Positions 9,701 through 18,976 of a stretch of 64,000 nucleotides of DNA are shown here, in pieces. The notes beneath the pieces are model-generated. The model had not been told where the DNA came from, did not search any database, and was given only the letters and a program-made list of their open reading frames with translations. A program made the translations under genes and the position numbers. How positions within the stretch are numbered: position 1 is the first letter of the stretch; each line of letters opens with the position of its first letter. Location: the IMG/VR virus record IMGVR_UViG_3300033463_000023, positions 80,189-144,188 of that record; one strand, written 5' to 3'. This DNA comes from a virus. Taxonomy: Duplodnaviria > Caudoviricetes.

Positions 9701-12700
9701 ATCTTCTTGCGCTCCGCGTTGTACCAGTCGATGACGTCATTCATGTTCGGCTGCACCTTGCCGTCGTTGATGGCCTTCATCAGGGCGATGTCCTCGGCCA
9801 GCACCTTCCTGATGTCGGTATCAGGGCGGATCGCGTTCTTGAAACGGTCCATCTGGTTGCGGCGGGCCACCAGCTCGTCAACGTTCCAGGAAGCGTAGTC
9901 GGTGCTGGCGGCCTCCGGCTCGGTGCCCCAGATGTTCGCGGACGATCCTGCGCTGCCGCCTTCGCCTATGCCGCCTGCCTCGCCCTTCTGCGCCTGCTTG
10001 GCGGCTTTGATGATCTGCCTGCGCTGTTCCTCCGTGAATGCCCTGAAAAGGGTCTCAACGACATTCTCGACAGTGGCTTCGTTCCCGTTGGCTACATACT
10101 TGTCGGCTTTGTCAAGCTCTCCATTGAACTTGTTCAGGTTGGCGGTGATGATGTTCACCTGCTGTGCCAGGTCGCCGACATTCTCCATCGCCCTCTCCGC
10201 ACCGCCGGCGATTTGGTTAAGGACACGGTTGTAGGCATCGTCATTCATCTTGTTGGCGCTCGCTATGCTGGCACTACGGGCCCCTTTTGTGAACGATTCC
10301 GAATCCTGGCGTTTCTCCTCTATCTCTGCTTCGCGCTTCAGGGTCCTCTCCGTCCACTGGTCGAACGACCTGAACGACTGGCTGATGAAGTCTTCGAGCG
10401 TGTTGCTGACTTCGCTGTAGATGGTAGTCCCATATATGGTGCTTCCGGTAGCCACGGAACGGGTTCCAAAGTTCAGCGGCACCTCCTTGCCGTTACGGTC
10501 TCTCACGTTTCTGGCGCCGGCGACCTCTTCCCTTACGATCTTTCCGAACACCTTCTCCAGCTCCTTCCGCAGTTCGGCATAGCTGCCTCTTGTCACCTCG
10601 CCGCCTGTAAGTCCCTCGATGGCAGGCAGCGTGTACGACGCCTTGCCGTTCTCGTCGACGCTGTAGCGGATGCTGCCACGCACAGTGTTCCAGCGGCTGC
10701 GTATCTGGCGCTGCATGTCGGCCGGCAGCGACTTCAGCGAGGCCGTGCTTCTTGCGCCGGCCTCGTCGATGCCCTCGTTGTGCTTTTCGTCGATGCCCTC
10801 TATCTCCTTGTTCAGCCGCTTCTGCTCCAGCTCCTCCTTCAGCGCGTCCACGATCTGCAGGTGTGCCAGCGCGACCTGCTCGGCGGCAGTCTTCTCGTTG
10901 AGCATGTAGCCCAGGTAGGTGCTGTACTTCGAGTTGATCTCGCTGATAAGCCCGCTGCGGGTCTTGTTGGCCTTGTTCATCTCGTCGGAGGCAGACTTCA
11001 GTTCCTTCTCCTTCTGCTTCAGCTCCTCTTCCTTCTTGCCCAGCCTGTCGTGGGCCTCTGTGCTCTTGTCGGTAGAGCTCCTTAGGACGTCAACCTCCTT
11101 GCGCAGTTCGTCTGTCTCCTTTTTCAGCTTACGGTGCTTCTCGGCCGCCTCGTTGGCCTTGGGTATGGCTTTCTCGAGCGAGGATGTCAGCCTGCCCACC
11201 TCCCGCTCTGCTGCGGCTTCCTCGTTGTCGAGCCTGGCCAGCGAGAGCGCCATGGCGTCGATATTGGTGGCGGCGTCCCAGATGGCCTTGCCCAGCAGAT
11301 ACACAGCTGAAGCAATGGCAAACATCAGGTTCGCCTTCGACGCTGCATCCATCGCTCTCCATGCGGCGCGCCATTTCGCGGCCACGCCCGTTATCTGCAC
11401 GCCGAGGGATTTCACGCCCGTAATGGCCAGGTTCAGAGGTTTGATGAGGTATGTCCAGATGGCTCCGCCGATGCCGAGTTTCCACGCGCCGAACGCGAAC
11501 ATGACGGAAAACGCGCCGTCCTTCAGCCTGACAAACAGGTCCAGCACAACGCGCATGCCGTCGATAACGCCGCCGAGCCAGCGCTGCATGCTGTCATTCA
11601 CAAACACCTCCTCCAGCTGGTTCTTGAAACGCTCCCATCTTGCGGCGGTGGTCTCGTTCATCTTGTCGTACTCCTGCTGGATGGCGATATTCCCCTCATA
11701 CGCCCTGGAGGCGGTGCCGAGGTGTTCCTTCAGCGTCTCCACGTTCTGAGACAGGCCGGCAAAGACGATGCCGGCCCTGGCACCCTGCTGGTTCAGCTGC
11801 TTCATCACGTCCTTCATGCCGCCCATGTTCAGCATCTCCTCGATGCCCTCCTCGTCGAGGCCCGCATCCTTGATATGCTGGAACACCATGAGGATGGCCT
11901 CCATGCCACGGCCGGTGGCAAAGAGGTCGCGCAGGTCGTTCGGGGCCACCTTGATGGCCTTGGCAACCTCGAACGCATTGTTCTTTATCGCTGGGATCAT
12001 TCGTGACAGGGCGGTAGCCGACATCTCGACTCTCATGCCCAACGCGTCGACCGTAGAACCCAGAGCGGCCACCTGGTCGATGGTGATGCCGCTCTGTGCT
12101 CCGACGGCTCCAACACGCTTCACAAAATCAGTAATAGCGGGGGCGGTGGCGGCGCTGGTGGCACGCAGACGGTCGATGGTCGAGCCGACCTTCTCCATTG
12201 CCACGGCCGTGGCAGAGGATCCGTCGATGATTCCCTCGCGCATCTGCTTGTCAATCTTGGCGATCTCGCCGGTGGCAAGCGCCACCTTCAGCATCTCGGT
12301 GGCACCTTCCTTACCCATTTCCGGCAGGGCCACCATCAGCTTGTTGGCGGCCTCCGTGAATCCCTCCACGTCCTCCTGCGTCTTCAATCCCAGCTGGCCT
12401 GCAGCCACGGACAGGTCGAGAAGGCCGGTCAGCGCGGTACGGGTATCCATCTTCCTCAGGTTCTCGCTCAGCCGCCCCACCTCGTCAGCCGTGAAGCCGG
12501 TGGTCTTGCGCACCTCGCCCATCTTGTCCGAGAGCTCCAGCAAGTCGGCGAAGGATGCCGTGACCTTCTGCAAGGCGGTGGCGGCGCTGACGTAAAGGGT
12601 GATGTATGTCTTCAGTCGGCCCATGGCTTTCTCAAACGAGCTGGCGGTTCCCTTGCTGGTGGCGCCGAGCCGCTTCATCTCAAAGTCGGCCTTCTTGACT

Positions 12701-15165
12701 TTTGCTGCCAGTTCGTCGAAGGCCTCCCTGTCCTTGCCTGTCTCTATGCGCATCGAGGCGAGTGCCGCCCTACCCTGCTCCACGGCCAGCTTCAACTCGT
12801 TGAACGACTTGCCCTTAGGCGTGTCGAGTATGGCCTTGATCTCGCCTGACAGGTGGCCTGTGCGCTGCAGCTCGAGATTGATGCTGTCGATTCCCTCCTG
12901 CATACGGCGCCATGCCAGACCGCCCTTCACGGCCTGCTTCTGCAGGTCTTCGAGTGTCTTCTTGGCGAGGTTCAGCTGTTCAACCGTCCCCTTGAAGTTG
13001 CCGCTGCGGGCACTGAGTGCCGTCTGCAGGGCCTGCTTCATGGTCATGGTCGGTGCCGTGGCTTTCTCTGCGGCAACGCCTGCCTGAACCAGGTATTCGT
13101 TAATCTTCTTGATGGTGTCGGCTTCGGTCTCCTGCGGCAGCGAGTCGCGGTATTTCTTCAGCGCATCTGCATTCCTCTTGATGTCGTTGGCACTGGCATT
13201 GCCTATACCACCCCCAAAGAATGTAAGTGCCTTCTGTCCTTCGGCCTGCACCATCTGGTCTTGCAGTTGCCTCACTTTCTGCAGATTGGCCTCGTACTGG
13301 TGCAGACTCTTGCCTGCGTTCTTCGGGTCGTCAATCATGCGCTGCCAGTACTGCTCCTGTGTCTTCAGTGCGGAAGATGAAAGCGACGAGCCGTATCTGT
13401 TCAGCTGATCGTCCATCAGCTTAATGGCCTTCTTGCGCTCATCTTCTGCCTTCTTCAACGATTCGGCCTCCTTCCTCGCGCTTCGTTCGGCCTCCAGTCC
13501 GTATTTCTTAATATGGTCTTCGGCGTCGGCGATGGCCACTGACAGATCTTTGTACTTCTGGTCGCTGGCCGAAAGCGTCTGCTGGTATTTCTTGGCGTCT
13601 TCGATGGCCTTGCGGATATCACGCTCACTCATGGTCATCAGGTTGCCGCCCGTCAACTTCTGTGCCCCGGTCTTTGCCTGCTCGTTGGCGAGTCGCTGCT
13701 GCTCGGCAATGACGGCCTCGAGGTTGGCCTTGGCATCGTTGTATGCCCGGCTGCCGCGCTCGGCACCGTCCATCTGTGCCTGCCAGAAACGCTTGGTCTC
13801 TTCCAGCGCGCCGTCAGACAGCTTGCCAAGGTCGCTCATGCGGCCGTTCATCATCTGCAGCTGGGCGGCGGCCTTCTGTGCGCTGCGCTCCGCCTCCAGC
13901 CCGAACTTCTGCATGTGCTCCTCGGCACGGATGATGCTGTCCTGAAGCTGCTGGAACGACTTGTCGGTAGGCTTCATGGCTGCCAGCAGTTCCTTGGCAG
14001 CGGCGACGGACTGTTTCAGCTCTGACTCCGACAGCGTGCGAAGGTTCTTGCGGTTCAGACGGTTGGCACTGTCCTGCAACTGTTTGGTGTTGAGACGCTC
14101 CTGCTCGTCGGCGATCTTCTTCAGGTTGGCGACAGCCTCCTTGTATGCTCGGCTTCCACGGGTGGCGCCGTCGCGCTGTTCCTCCCAGAACTTCTTGGTC
14201 TCAGTGAGCGCATCCTGCGACAGCCTATTGAGTTTGTCAATGCGGCCTTGCATCATCTTGTACTTGTCGTCGAGCAGCTTAGCGGCCTCGGCCTGACGCT
14301 GCGCGGCTCGTGCCGCTTCCAAACCATGCGTCTTCAGGTATGCCTCTGCCTCGGCTATCTTCTTGGTTAGATCCTGTGCCTCCTTGCTGCCAGAGCGGTA
14401 GGTGGCCAGCAGCTCCTTTCCGGCACTGATGGCCTTGCGGATATCATCTTCCGAGTAACGGCCGAGCGCTTTCGAGCCTAACAGTTTAGATGACCGTTCA
14501 AGCTCCTTTGTCTGGATGCTGTCAACGTAGCCCCTGATCTCCTTCAGCTGGGCGGCATACTGCTTGTACTCAGCGGTGCCTTTGGGGATCATGGCAAGGA
14601 TTTTCTCAAGGCCTTCCTGCTCCTTTTTGAGCACGGCCTCCGAGACCTTGCCGCCCCTGCTGATGGTCTCAATGACCTTCTCCGTGTCACGGTCGAGGCG
14701 GTTGAGCTGCTTCTGTGATTCGGTTATAACCTTGTTCAGGTCGCGCTGTCTCTGCAGATCCTCCTCGTTCAGCTTGCCGTTCTCCCCCTTCTCGCGGATG
14801 GGACGCAGGCGGCTCTGCGCGGCGTTGATGGCACCCTTCAGCTCGGCACGGCTGCTCTTTTCGATCTCACCCATGCGGATGTTCTTCACAACGGATTCGA
14901 GTGCGGTGGCTCCCTTCATCAGCTCGTGGATGGCAGACTCGAAATTACGGGCTTCCTTGGCGGCGGACTTCAGGCGGTCTGCCACGTTGAACTCCACACC
15001 GTTGCCGTCCTTCAGCTTCTTGATGCCGTGGTCGAGCGCGTCCTGCATTTCATCGACAGTCTTCCTTGCCTCCCTCGCGCTTGCTCTCAGAGAGTCCAAG
15101 GCCACGTTCGCGCCTTTCGCGTCGGCACGGAACTGGATGGTTGCCAAAGCTATCTTGTTGCTCAT
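6718..15165 (-). CDS. tape measure protein
   Basis: 2815 aa, helical and Ala/Glu/Lys-rich; core LSDKMGEVRKTTG...DTRTA...AAGQLG; C-terminal LVGEAGQEAII. Confidence 0.92.
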   Translation of the reverse strand: MSNKIALATIQFRADAKGANVALDSLRASAREARKTVDEMQDALDHGIKKLKDGNGVEFNVADRLKSAAKEARNFESAIHELMKGATALESVVKNIRMGEIEKSSRAELKGAINAAQSRLRPIREKGENGKLNEEDLQRQRDLNKVITESQKQLNRLDRDTEKVIETISRGGKVSEAVLKKEQEGLEKILAMIPKGTAEYKQYAAQLKEIRGYVDSIQTKELERSSKLLGSKALGRYSEDDIRKAISAGKELLATYRSGSKEAQDLTKKIAEAEAYLKTHGLEAARAAQRQAEAAKLLDDKYKMMQGRIDKLNRLSQDALTETKKFWEEQRDGATRGSRAYKEAVANLKKIADEQERLNTKQLQDSANRLNRKNLRTLSESELKQSVAAAKELLAAMKPTDKSFQQLQDSIIRAEEHMQKFGLEAERSAQKAAAQLQMMNGRMSDLGKLSDGALEETKRFWQAQMDGAERGSRAYNDAKANLEAVIAEQQRLANEQAKTGAQKLTGGNLMTMSERDIRKAIEDAKKYQQTLSASDQKYKDLSVAIADAEDHIKKYGLEAERSARKEAESLKKAEDERKKAIKLMDDQLNRYGSSLSSSALKTQEQYWQRMIDDPKNAGKSLHQYEANLQKVRQLQDQMVQAEGQKALTFFGGGIGNASANDIKRNADALKKYRDSLPQETEADTIKKINEYLVQAGVAAEKATAPTMTMKQALQTALSARSGNFKGTVEQLNLAKKTLEDLQKQAVKGGLAWRRMQEGIDSINLELQRTGHLSGEIKAILDTPKGKSFNELKLAVEQGRAALASMRIETGKDREAFDELAAKVKKADFEMKRLGATSKGTASSFEKAMGRLKTYITLYVSAATALQKVTASFADLLELSDKMGEVRKTTGFTADEVGRLSENLRKMDTRTALTGLLDLSVAAGQLGLKTQEDVEGFTEAANKLMVALPEMGKEGATEMLKVALATGEIAKIDKQMREGIIDGSSATAVAMEKVGSTIDRLRATSAATAPAITDFVKRVGAVGAQSGITIDQVAALGSTVDALGMRVEMSATALSRMIPAIKNNAFEVAKAIKVAPNDLRDLFATGRGMEAILMVFQHIKDAGLDEEGIEEMLNMGGMKDVMKQLNQQGARAGIVFAGLSQNVETLKEHLGTASRAYEGNIAIQQEYDKMNETTAARWERFKNQLEEVFVNDSMQRWLGGVIDGMRVVLDLFVRLKDGAFSVMFAFGAWKLGIGGAIWTYLIKPLNLAITGVKSLGVQITGVAAKWRAAWRAMDAASKANLMFAIASAVYLLGKAIWDAATNIDAMALSLARLDNEEAAAEREVGRLTSSLEKAIPKANEAAEKHRKLKKETDELRKEVDVLRSSTDKSTEAHDRLGKKEEELKQKEKELKSASDEMNKANKTRSGLISEINSKYSTYLGYMLNEKTAAEQVALAHLQIVDALKEELEQKRLNKEIEGIDEKHNEGIDEAGARSTASLKSLPADMQRQIRSRWNTVRGSIRYSVDENGKASYTLPAIEGLTGGEVTRGSYAELRKELEKVFGKIVREEVAGARNVRDRNGKEVPLNFGTRSVATGSTIYGTTIYSEVSNTLEDFISQSFRSFDQWTERTLKREAEIEEKRQDSESFTKGARSASIASANKMNDDAYNRVLNQIAGGAERAMENVGDLAQQVNIITANLNKFNGELDKADKYVANGNEATVENVVETLFRAFTEEQRRQIIKAAKQAQKGEAGGIGEGGSAGSSANIWGTEPEAASTDYASWNVDELVARRNQMDRFKNAIRPDTDIRKVLAEDIALMKAINDGKVQPNMNDVIDWYNAERKKIEQELKSERFSTNEGHWAAEAKTGKRKNLMPETDYALAELDRYYSRRKETLEKARIDENMSEELYNRQAELLEQKHLERRAKLRGSFTGEISKEETKAFDEWWETLHKNFELDELQREKLTTEWAKANAGQIGRNNYRMQQDMTKMQEITVKHLNKIADIVAKERPYDGIVDNLRKNLTDMDILFADMEKKGVTDAGVLVKAEAKRMRFLLGEAENAYALTVDELAKRMRENGLGEWADELMVDDQKRQSILEALHKVYDDVQNAIKKEASQIKKQVDIMWQDVMPGQSASLKDSYELAISALGLEEGRVSRANSLIGAGAASERVADKLAIQQMKLKITMQEHYYNLMEQEGRKRIAFLEREAELEKRKAERLKKEAEAAKDAGKAEEARLKARQAEEAVTKSVEASLDAQHLTTSLNISQAKELTELAKQREEIIARTEESQNRLYQSLREWADLLTGSLQDVMEASNAGNAEYYNELAKMELTGKGGPGAGTYIVIENEGTEDAAAHYEYLNDRQALERQREIEQQNAQADAWKKVMDDINAKMDEQITDWMNAALQNEAIDANTAALGLNTQALYDLLGGIAGGQSDFSDASKLKRDENGMALDGSGQVVSPIQPAVAEQPEGLPYKAPWQMTAAGIESMQNAYNAQVQASDAATAQVLNNQKKVQQGEQQTDNKIAGGAQSAFAKMTAAANLYGIAYQAMSNDNLSTAQKFEMIAVQAAGQAAISALTTSMAQNTAQVAADTPAVASKTFAQLGPIAGPAAFAAITALLGGLLGFAVSKIAKSKSQIAQVTGASVSAGRLSTGMMTYASGNVNEFTDPSTLTPGRQYNVDAADGRTYRARYMGKGAKTHVTSGPEFHLVGEAGQEAIIDAHTTRDIRLNEPEIWQSIQTLYNGGRLSAMRRRGGGVRAFADGNLDDFGDAWGTTGGIGGGTDLTAIQGSLDRNTAVQEALLARLSEPIVAQNILYGPDGLPNVIAKLQKEAARHGEKYL

Positions 15166-15189
15166 AGTCGTATGTTGTTTGTGTTGTTT

Positions 15190-15714
15190 CTACCTGCGTG
15201 ACATCATCAGGCGGTTGATCTCCTCGTAGTTCTCGCGGTTGGCGCCGGCGGCATAGACGAGGAATCCGAGGCCCATAAACGAGAAGTGGTCTACCAGCAG
15301 GCGCTCGAACCTCCGGGCCTGCTTTCGCATCTCGGCGGTACTGTGCGGCTTGGCCTTGCGCTTGCGACCACGGACAGGTATTGGCTTCCACGCCCGCTGC
15401 GTGATGGGGTCGATAGGTGTATATGGATTATTCTTGCCGACAGCGAGTTCCACGAACTGGCCGTACTTCATGTAGGTCTCCTGGAACACCTCTGCGTCGC
15501 CACCGCTGTCGGCCCACGCCTTCCAGCCGATACTGCGCATGAGCTTGCCGGACCGTATGGCCGTGAGCCGGCGGATGTTCTTCTTTGCATCCTCCTTGCC
15601 GAACTTGATGAAGTTGCGGATGTACTGCATCACCCGCTCGTCGCGCCAGTCGAACTTGGTCGCGATTATCTCGTCCGCGAACGGGTCCCTCTCCCGCCAT
15701 TTCTCGTTAGCCAT
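15190..15714 (-). CDS. putative tail completion/neck protein
   Basis: 174 aa, basic; IRSGKLMRSI and YGQFVELAVG motifs; first gene after a late promoter and upstream of the tape measure. Confidence 0.5.
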   Translation of the reverse strand: MANEKWRERDPFADEIIATKFDWRDERVMQYIRNFIKFGKEDAKKNIRRLTAIRSGKLMRSIGWKAWADSGGDAEVFQETYMKYGQFVELAVGKNNPYTPIDPITQRAWKPIPVRGRKRKAKPHSTAEMRKQARRFERLLVDHFSFMGLGFLVYAAGANRENYEEINRLMMSRR

Positions 15715-15730
15715 GATGCTCTTTTTACCC

Positions 15731-15767
15731 GCAATATAGCGTGCGCGGGTGCCGGAATCAAGGGCAA
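15731..15767 (-). promoter_or_regulatory. late promoter motif, copy 3
   Basis: TTGCCCTTG-N20-TATATTGC upstream of 15714. Confidence 0.7.
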
Positions 15768-15873
15768 CAAGCGGCCGTTCTTACTACCAACGGGCAGTAA
15801 GAAGACAATGGAGTACACAAAAGAAGCCATGTCTTCTGTGTACTGCTAACGAAGTGGAGTAAAAGTTATGCGC

Positions 15874-16335
15874 TTACATGTTTTTCAGGGCGTCCCGGAT
15901 GTCGGTCTCGGTAGGTGTGTAGTTAGAGCCGAAGCGGGCCTGTCCGCGCTGGAGGGCGAGCCGTTCGGCAGCGGCGCGGCGCGCATCCTCCTGCCGTTGC
16001 AGCCGGCCAAGGTATTCTGCTTCCCGCAGTTTGACCCGAAAGTCCCTTTCGTCATAGCGCCGGAGCCAGTCGGTGGTGAGCGGTGGAAGCTCCCTGGTGG
16101 CGGGGCCGATGACTATCTTCTCGTACGACTTGGGATTGGTGATGACGACGGAGCAGCCGGTGGCACGAACGAAGGGTATAAGCCACTTCATGTCGGTCTG
16201 CCAGGAGGAAACGGAAAGAGGGGGTTCTTTTTCTTCCTGTGCAGGCGTAGGGACGTGTGGGGAACGTCTGGCGCGGCTCTCCATGACGGAGGCTGCGAAG
16301 ATGTGGGCAAGACCGCGGATGAGGAATGAAGGCAT
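15874..16335 (-). CDS. hypothetical protein
   Basis: 153-aa ORF with AT-rich upstream region. Confidence 0.65.
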   Translation of the reverse strand: MPSFLIRGLAHIFAASVMESRARRSPHVPTPAQEEKEPPLSVSSWQTDMKWLIPFVRATGCSVVITNPKSYEKIVIGPATRELPPLTTDWLRRYDERDFRVKLREAEYLGRLQRQEDARRAAAERLALQRGQARFGSNYTPTETDIRDALKNM

Positions 16336-16362
16336 AGGATTTTCAATTTAAAGATTTACGAT

Positions 16363-16836
16363 TCAGGCAAAGCGGTAGATAGTGCGCCCTGCAGCGTCCT
16401 TGATATCGAGGTGACAGCCGGTGAGGCGAAGGGCGCGGTACAACTCGTCGAACGACTTGCCGTCATTCATCTTCCTGACCACTCGCTCGCAGTGCTGGAG
16501 GTCGGCTTTTTTTCTGGGATCAGCGGATTGCTCTTCAGCATCTTTAATAATATGCAGAAGATTGAGACCGGCCATCTCGCTGTCCTCGTATCTCCTGAGA
16601 TGTTTGGGGTAGTGATATATGTTGCGAAGGTCGGCTTGATGTTTCTTTTCGGCCTCGCGCTTTGGGCGGAATACAAATTCATAGTAGATAACGCCGGCTA
16701 TCAGGCAGACCAGCGGGAGCAGGAATAACAATCCCATCCATACTTCACCTTGGAAAAAATAGACCATGCCTATGAATGGCATAAAAATGAAGATCATTAT
16801 ACAGATAACACAGAAGACAATAAACCCAAATCCCAT
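16363..16836 (-). CDS. two-TM membrane protein, moron-like
   Basis: Hydrophobic N-terminus; visibly AT-richer than neighbours; own TACCTTTG promoter at 16870-16877. Confidence 0.75.
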   Translation of the reverse strand: MGFGFIVFCVICIMIFIFMPFIGMVYFFQGEVWMGLLFLLPLVCLIAGVIYYEFVFRPKREAEKKHQADLRNIYHYPKHLRRYEDSEMAGLNLLHIIKDAEEQSADPRKKADLQHCERVVRKMNDGKSFDELYRALRLTGCHLDIKDAAGRTIYRFA

Positions 16837-16869
16837 CTGCTTAATAAATTATGTTGTAGCTTTATGGCG

Positions 16870-16877
16870 CAAAGGTA
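16870..16877 (-). promoter_or_regulatory. Bacteroidetes -7 promoter element
   Basis: TACCTTTG on the minus strand, about 35 bp upstream of ATG 16836. Confidence 0.65.
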
Positions 16878-16931
16878 CAAAAAATATTTTGATTATGCAA
16901 ATTTTATGCTGCTTTTTTATGCGAGCGGGAC

Positions 16932-16965
16932 AAAAAAGGCGCGGGAGCCTCACGGCCCCCGTGCC
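16932..16965 (-). terminator. intrinsic terminator
   Basis: GGCACGGG/CCCGCGCC stem followed by T6 on the minus strand. Confidence 0.7.
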
Positions 16966-17014
16966 CCGGAATCAAACATACCAATTTAAAAATATGACGT
17001 TTTCAACAAATCGC

Positions 17015-17446
17015 TCACTTCTCCTTCTCCGCGAGCCTGAACGTGTAGGGCTCGCCGAAGCCCATGCGGGCGACGTGCTTTTCGACGATGCGCCGGAGGT
17101 TCTCGTCGCTCCAGTCGTCCCATTTGTCCCTGGTGTCGGCGGGCATGAGCACGGGTACCGCCATGTGGAAGTTGCGGACGGCGGGGTCGCCGGACGGCTC
17201 CTCCACTACGGTGAACGGCACGGCGTCGAGCAGCCGGTCCCTCAGCACCTCCTCGAACATCTGGTGCGCCTGCATCTGCAGCTCGACGCCCAGGCCGTCC
17301 CTGCCGTTGCGCTCGTAGGCAGCGATGCGGTCGGCCGACGCGCAGAACACTTTCCTGAAGGGCACCACGACATAGTCGCGCCCCGCGATGTTGATCACCG
17401 GCTCTGTCTGAGCCTCCCTGATGGGGTAGTTGATTAGCTGTTCCAT
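17015..17446 (-). CDS. hypothetical protein
   Basis: 143-aa ORF in the leftward early operon. Confidence 0.7.
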   Translation of the reverse strand: MEQLINYPIREAQTEPVINIAGRDYVVVPFRKVFCASADRIAAYERNGRDGLGVELQMQAHQMFEEVLRDRLLDAVPFTVVEEPSGDPAVRNFHMAVPVLMPADTRDKWDDWSDENLRRIVEKHVARMGFGEPYTFRLAEKEK

Positions 17447-17519
17447 AATTCGTTTAATTAGTGTAATTCGTTCTTTTAGTCGGCTGTCGCCTTTGTAAAA
17501 GCGACAGAGCCGAGCGGTC

Positions 17520-17951
17520 TTAAATATCCACGTCGTCGTCGCGGCGGTCGATGATCTTCTGCATGCGCTGCTTCAGTTCGTTGTAGCGCTTCTCCCAGTA
17601 TCCCCCGCCGTGCTGCCAGTCCACGCGCAGCGGTATCAGCTCCAGCTGCCACTCCATGGTGAGCGTCACGCCCTGCTCGTCCGTCCTCATGCCGTCGAGG
17701 GCGCTGCCAACGGGCGTCCACTGCGGCATCACCTGGTAGCACAGGCTCCAGAGACTCTGACCGGACTGCTCGGCCATCTCGTAGAGCGCCTTGTTCGCCC
17801 GCCGCGTCAGTTCCCGCTCCGACTCGCCCGTCATCCTCGACACGTAGTCCGTCAGGTCCTTGATGCGCTCCTCCGTCTCCATCATCTTCATTCCGTTCAC
17901 CGGCGGCACCATGCCGATCTTCATTCCGTCGTTGTCCATAGTCTTATTCAT
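17520..17951 (-). CDS. hypothetical protein
   Basis: 143-aa ORF overlapping the upstream stop. Confidence 0.7.
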   Translation of the reverse strand: MNKTMDNDGMKIGMVPPVNGMKMMETEERIKDLTDYVSRMTGESERELTRRANKALYEMAEQSGQSLWSLCYQVMPQWTPVGSALDGMRTDEQGVTLTMEWQLELIPLRVDWQHGGGYWEKRYNELKQRMQKIIDRRDDDVDI

Positions 17952-18150
17952 GCTCCCTGAGTTTCCTAATCTTGTCCTCGGTGCGCTTCAGGTCGTCCTC
18001 GATCTCCTCGAAGGGACGGAACCACGCGTCGCGCCCGTTCCTGTAGGGCTTGCCCTGCGCCGCCTCGATGCTGGCACGGGCCACCAGCGTCTTGGCGCGC
18101 CTGACGGCGTCAAGCAGTGTCGGCACCATGTCGTAGAGTTCCTTGTTCAT
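17944..18150 (-). CDS. hypothetical protein
   Basis: MNKELYD... start at 18150 gives an ATGA overlap with the upstream gene. Confidence 0.65.
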   Translation of the reverse strand: MNKELYDMVPTLLDAVRRAKTLVARASIEAAQGKPYRNGRDAWFRPFEEIEDDLKRTEDKIRKLREHE

Positions 18151-18578
18151 ACTACTACCTCCTTTTCTATGCCGCAGAGCCTCAGTGCATGCTGGAGCCA
18201 ATGGACATATCCTCTCCATGCAGATGGATGATGAGCAGTAAACGATCCCATTACAACCTCTATTCTCATTTCTTCCTCAGGGAGATACTTATAATAAAAG
18301 ACCTCTACCGTCGCGTTCTGATTAGGATCTTTCCATTCATACGCCACAACACTGTCAACACCATAATCAACTTTATAGAACCCGTTCTTCGTCAGAATCT
18401 CAGGAGTAAGTGGTATTGGTTCAAACTTGTTGTTGTACTCCCAGTGATGAGGTGTTCCACAGGCAAAGTGACCTTTATTTTCCGTACAATAGTCAATCCT
18501 TGTGACTTGCATTGGCGTACCGTTCGCATGACGTACCCAATCGCCGATCATCAGTTCGTTCGCTTTCATTTCTCCCAT
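18147..18578 (-). CDS. hypothetical phage protein (MKANELMIGD family), paralog of 24572..25036
   Basis: Shared motifs MKAxELMIGD, EP(I/L)PLTxEILxxNGF, VHxLQHxLxxCxIxKE. Confidence 0.75.
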   Translation of the reverse strand: MGEMKANELMIGDWVRHANGTPMQVTRIDYCTENKGHFACGTPHHWEYNNKFEPIPLTPEILTKNGFYKVDYGVDSVVAYEWKDPNQNATVEVFYYKYLPEEEMRIEVVMGSFTAHHPSAWRGYVHWLQHALRLCGIEKEVVV

Positions 18579-18581
18579 AGT

Positions 18582-18920
18582 TCAGTCCTCCTTCTTTTCT
18601 TCCTTGAAGTCGAGCGACTGCTGTGCCTCTTCGGCCTTGATCTTCTCCTTCAGCTCCGCCTCCAGCTCGCTGAGCATGTCGCGGAAGTTGTCGAGCGTCG
18701 TGAGGTCTGGGAATATGAGCGACACCTGCACGCCCCACGTCTCGTCGGACGGCGGTTCCTCACCTGCCCTCGCTGCAGGATGTTTGAACTCAGACAGCCC
18801 GATGGCGAAGGTGTCCTTCCTGTCGCCGACCGTCCCTAAACTTACACACACGCCGCCACCAAAGACGACCTGCGCCCGGCCGGAAATGCGGCTCTTCATT
18901 TTCTCTTTCTGTTCTGCCAT
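18582..18920 (-). CDS. hypothetical protein
   Basis: ATG 18920 (MAEQKEK) preferred over 18980. Confidence 0.65.
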   Translation of the reverse strand: MAEQKEKMKSRISGRAQVVFGGGVCVSLGTVGDRKDTFAIGLSEFKHPAARAGEEPPSDETWGVQVSLIFPDLTTLDNFRDMLSELEAELKEKIKAEEAQQSLDFKEEKKED

Positions 18921-18976
18921 AACAAAGTTGAGTTTAATATTTATGATAATTAGTGGGTATTTGTGGTGATTTGCGT

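Noticed and set aside
1408-15229. Long + strand ORFs such as 1408..5001, 5538..6770 and 8464..11085
   Set aside because: Antisense shadows of GC-rich structural genes; no motifs or start context. The same applies to 44956..46560, 51568..52671 and the minus-strand shadows of the early operon
15165-15714. Tail assembly chaperone programmed frameshift upstream of the tape measure
   Set aside because: Only one ORF lies between the promoter and the tape measure, and I saw no slippery site with an overlapping second frame
15775-15865. Cluster of small hairpins upstream of late promoter copy 3
   Set aside because: Stems are short and imperfect; probably a terminator region, not enough to call an RNA
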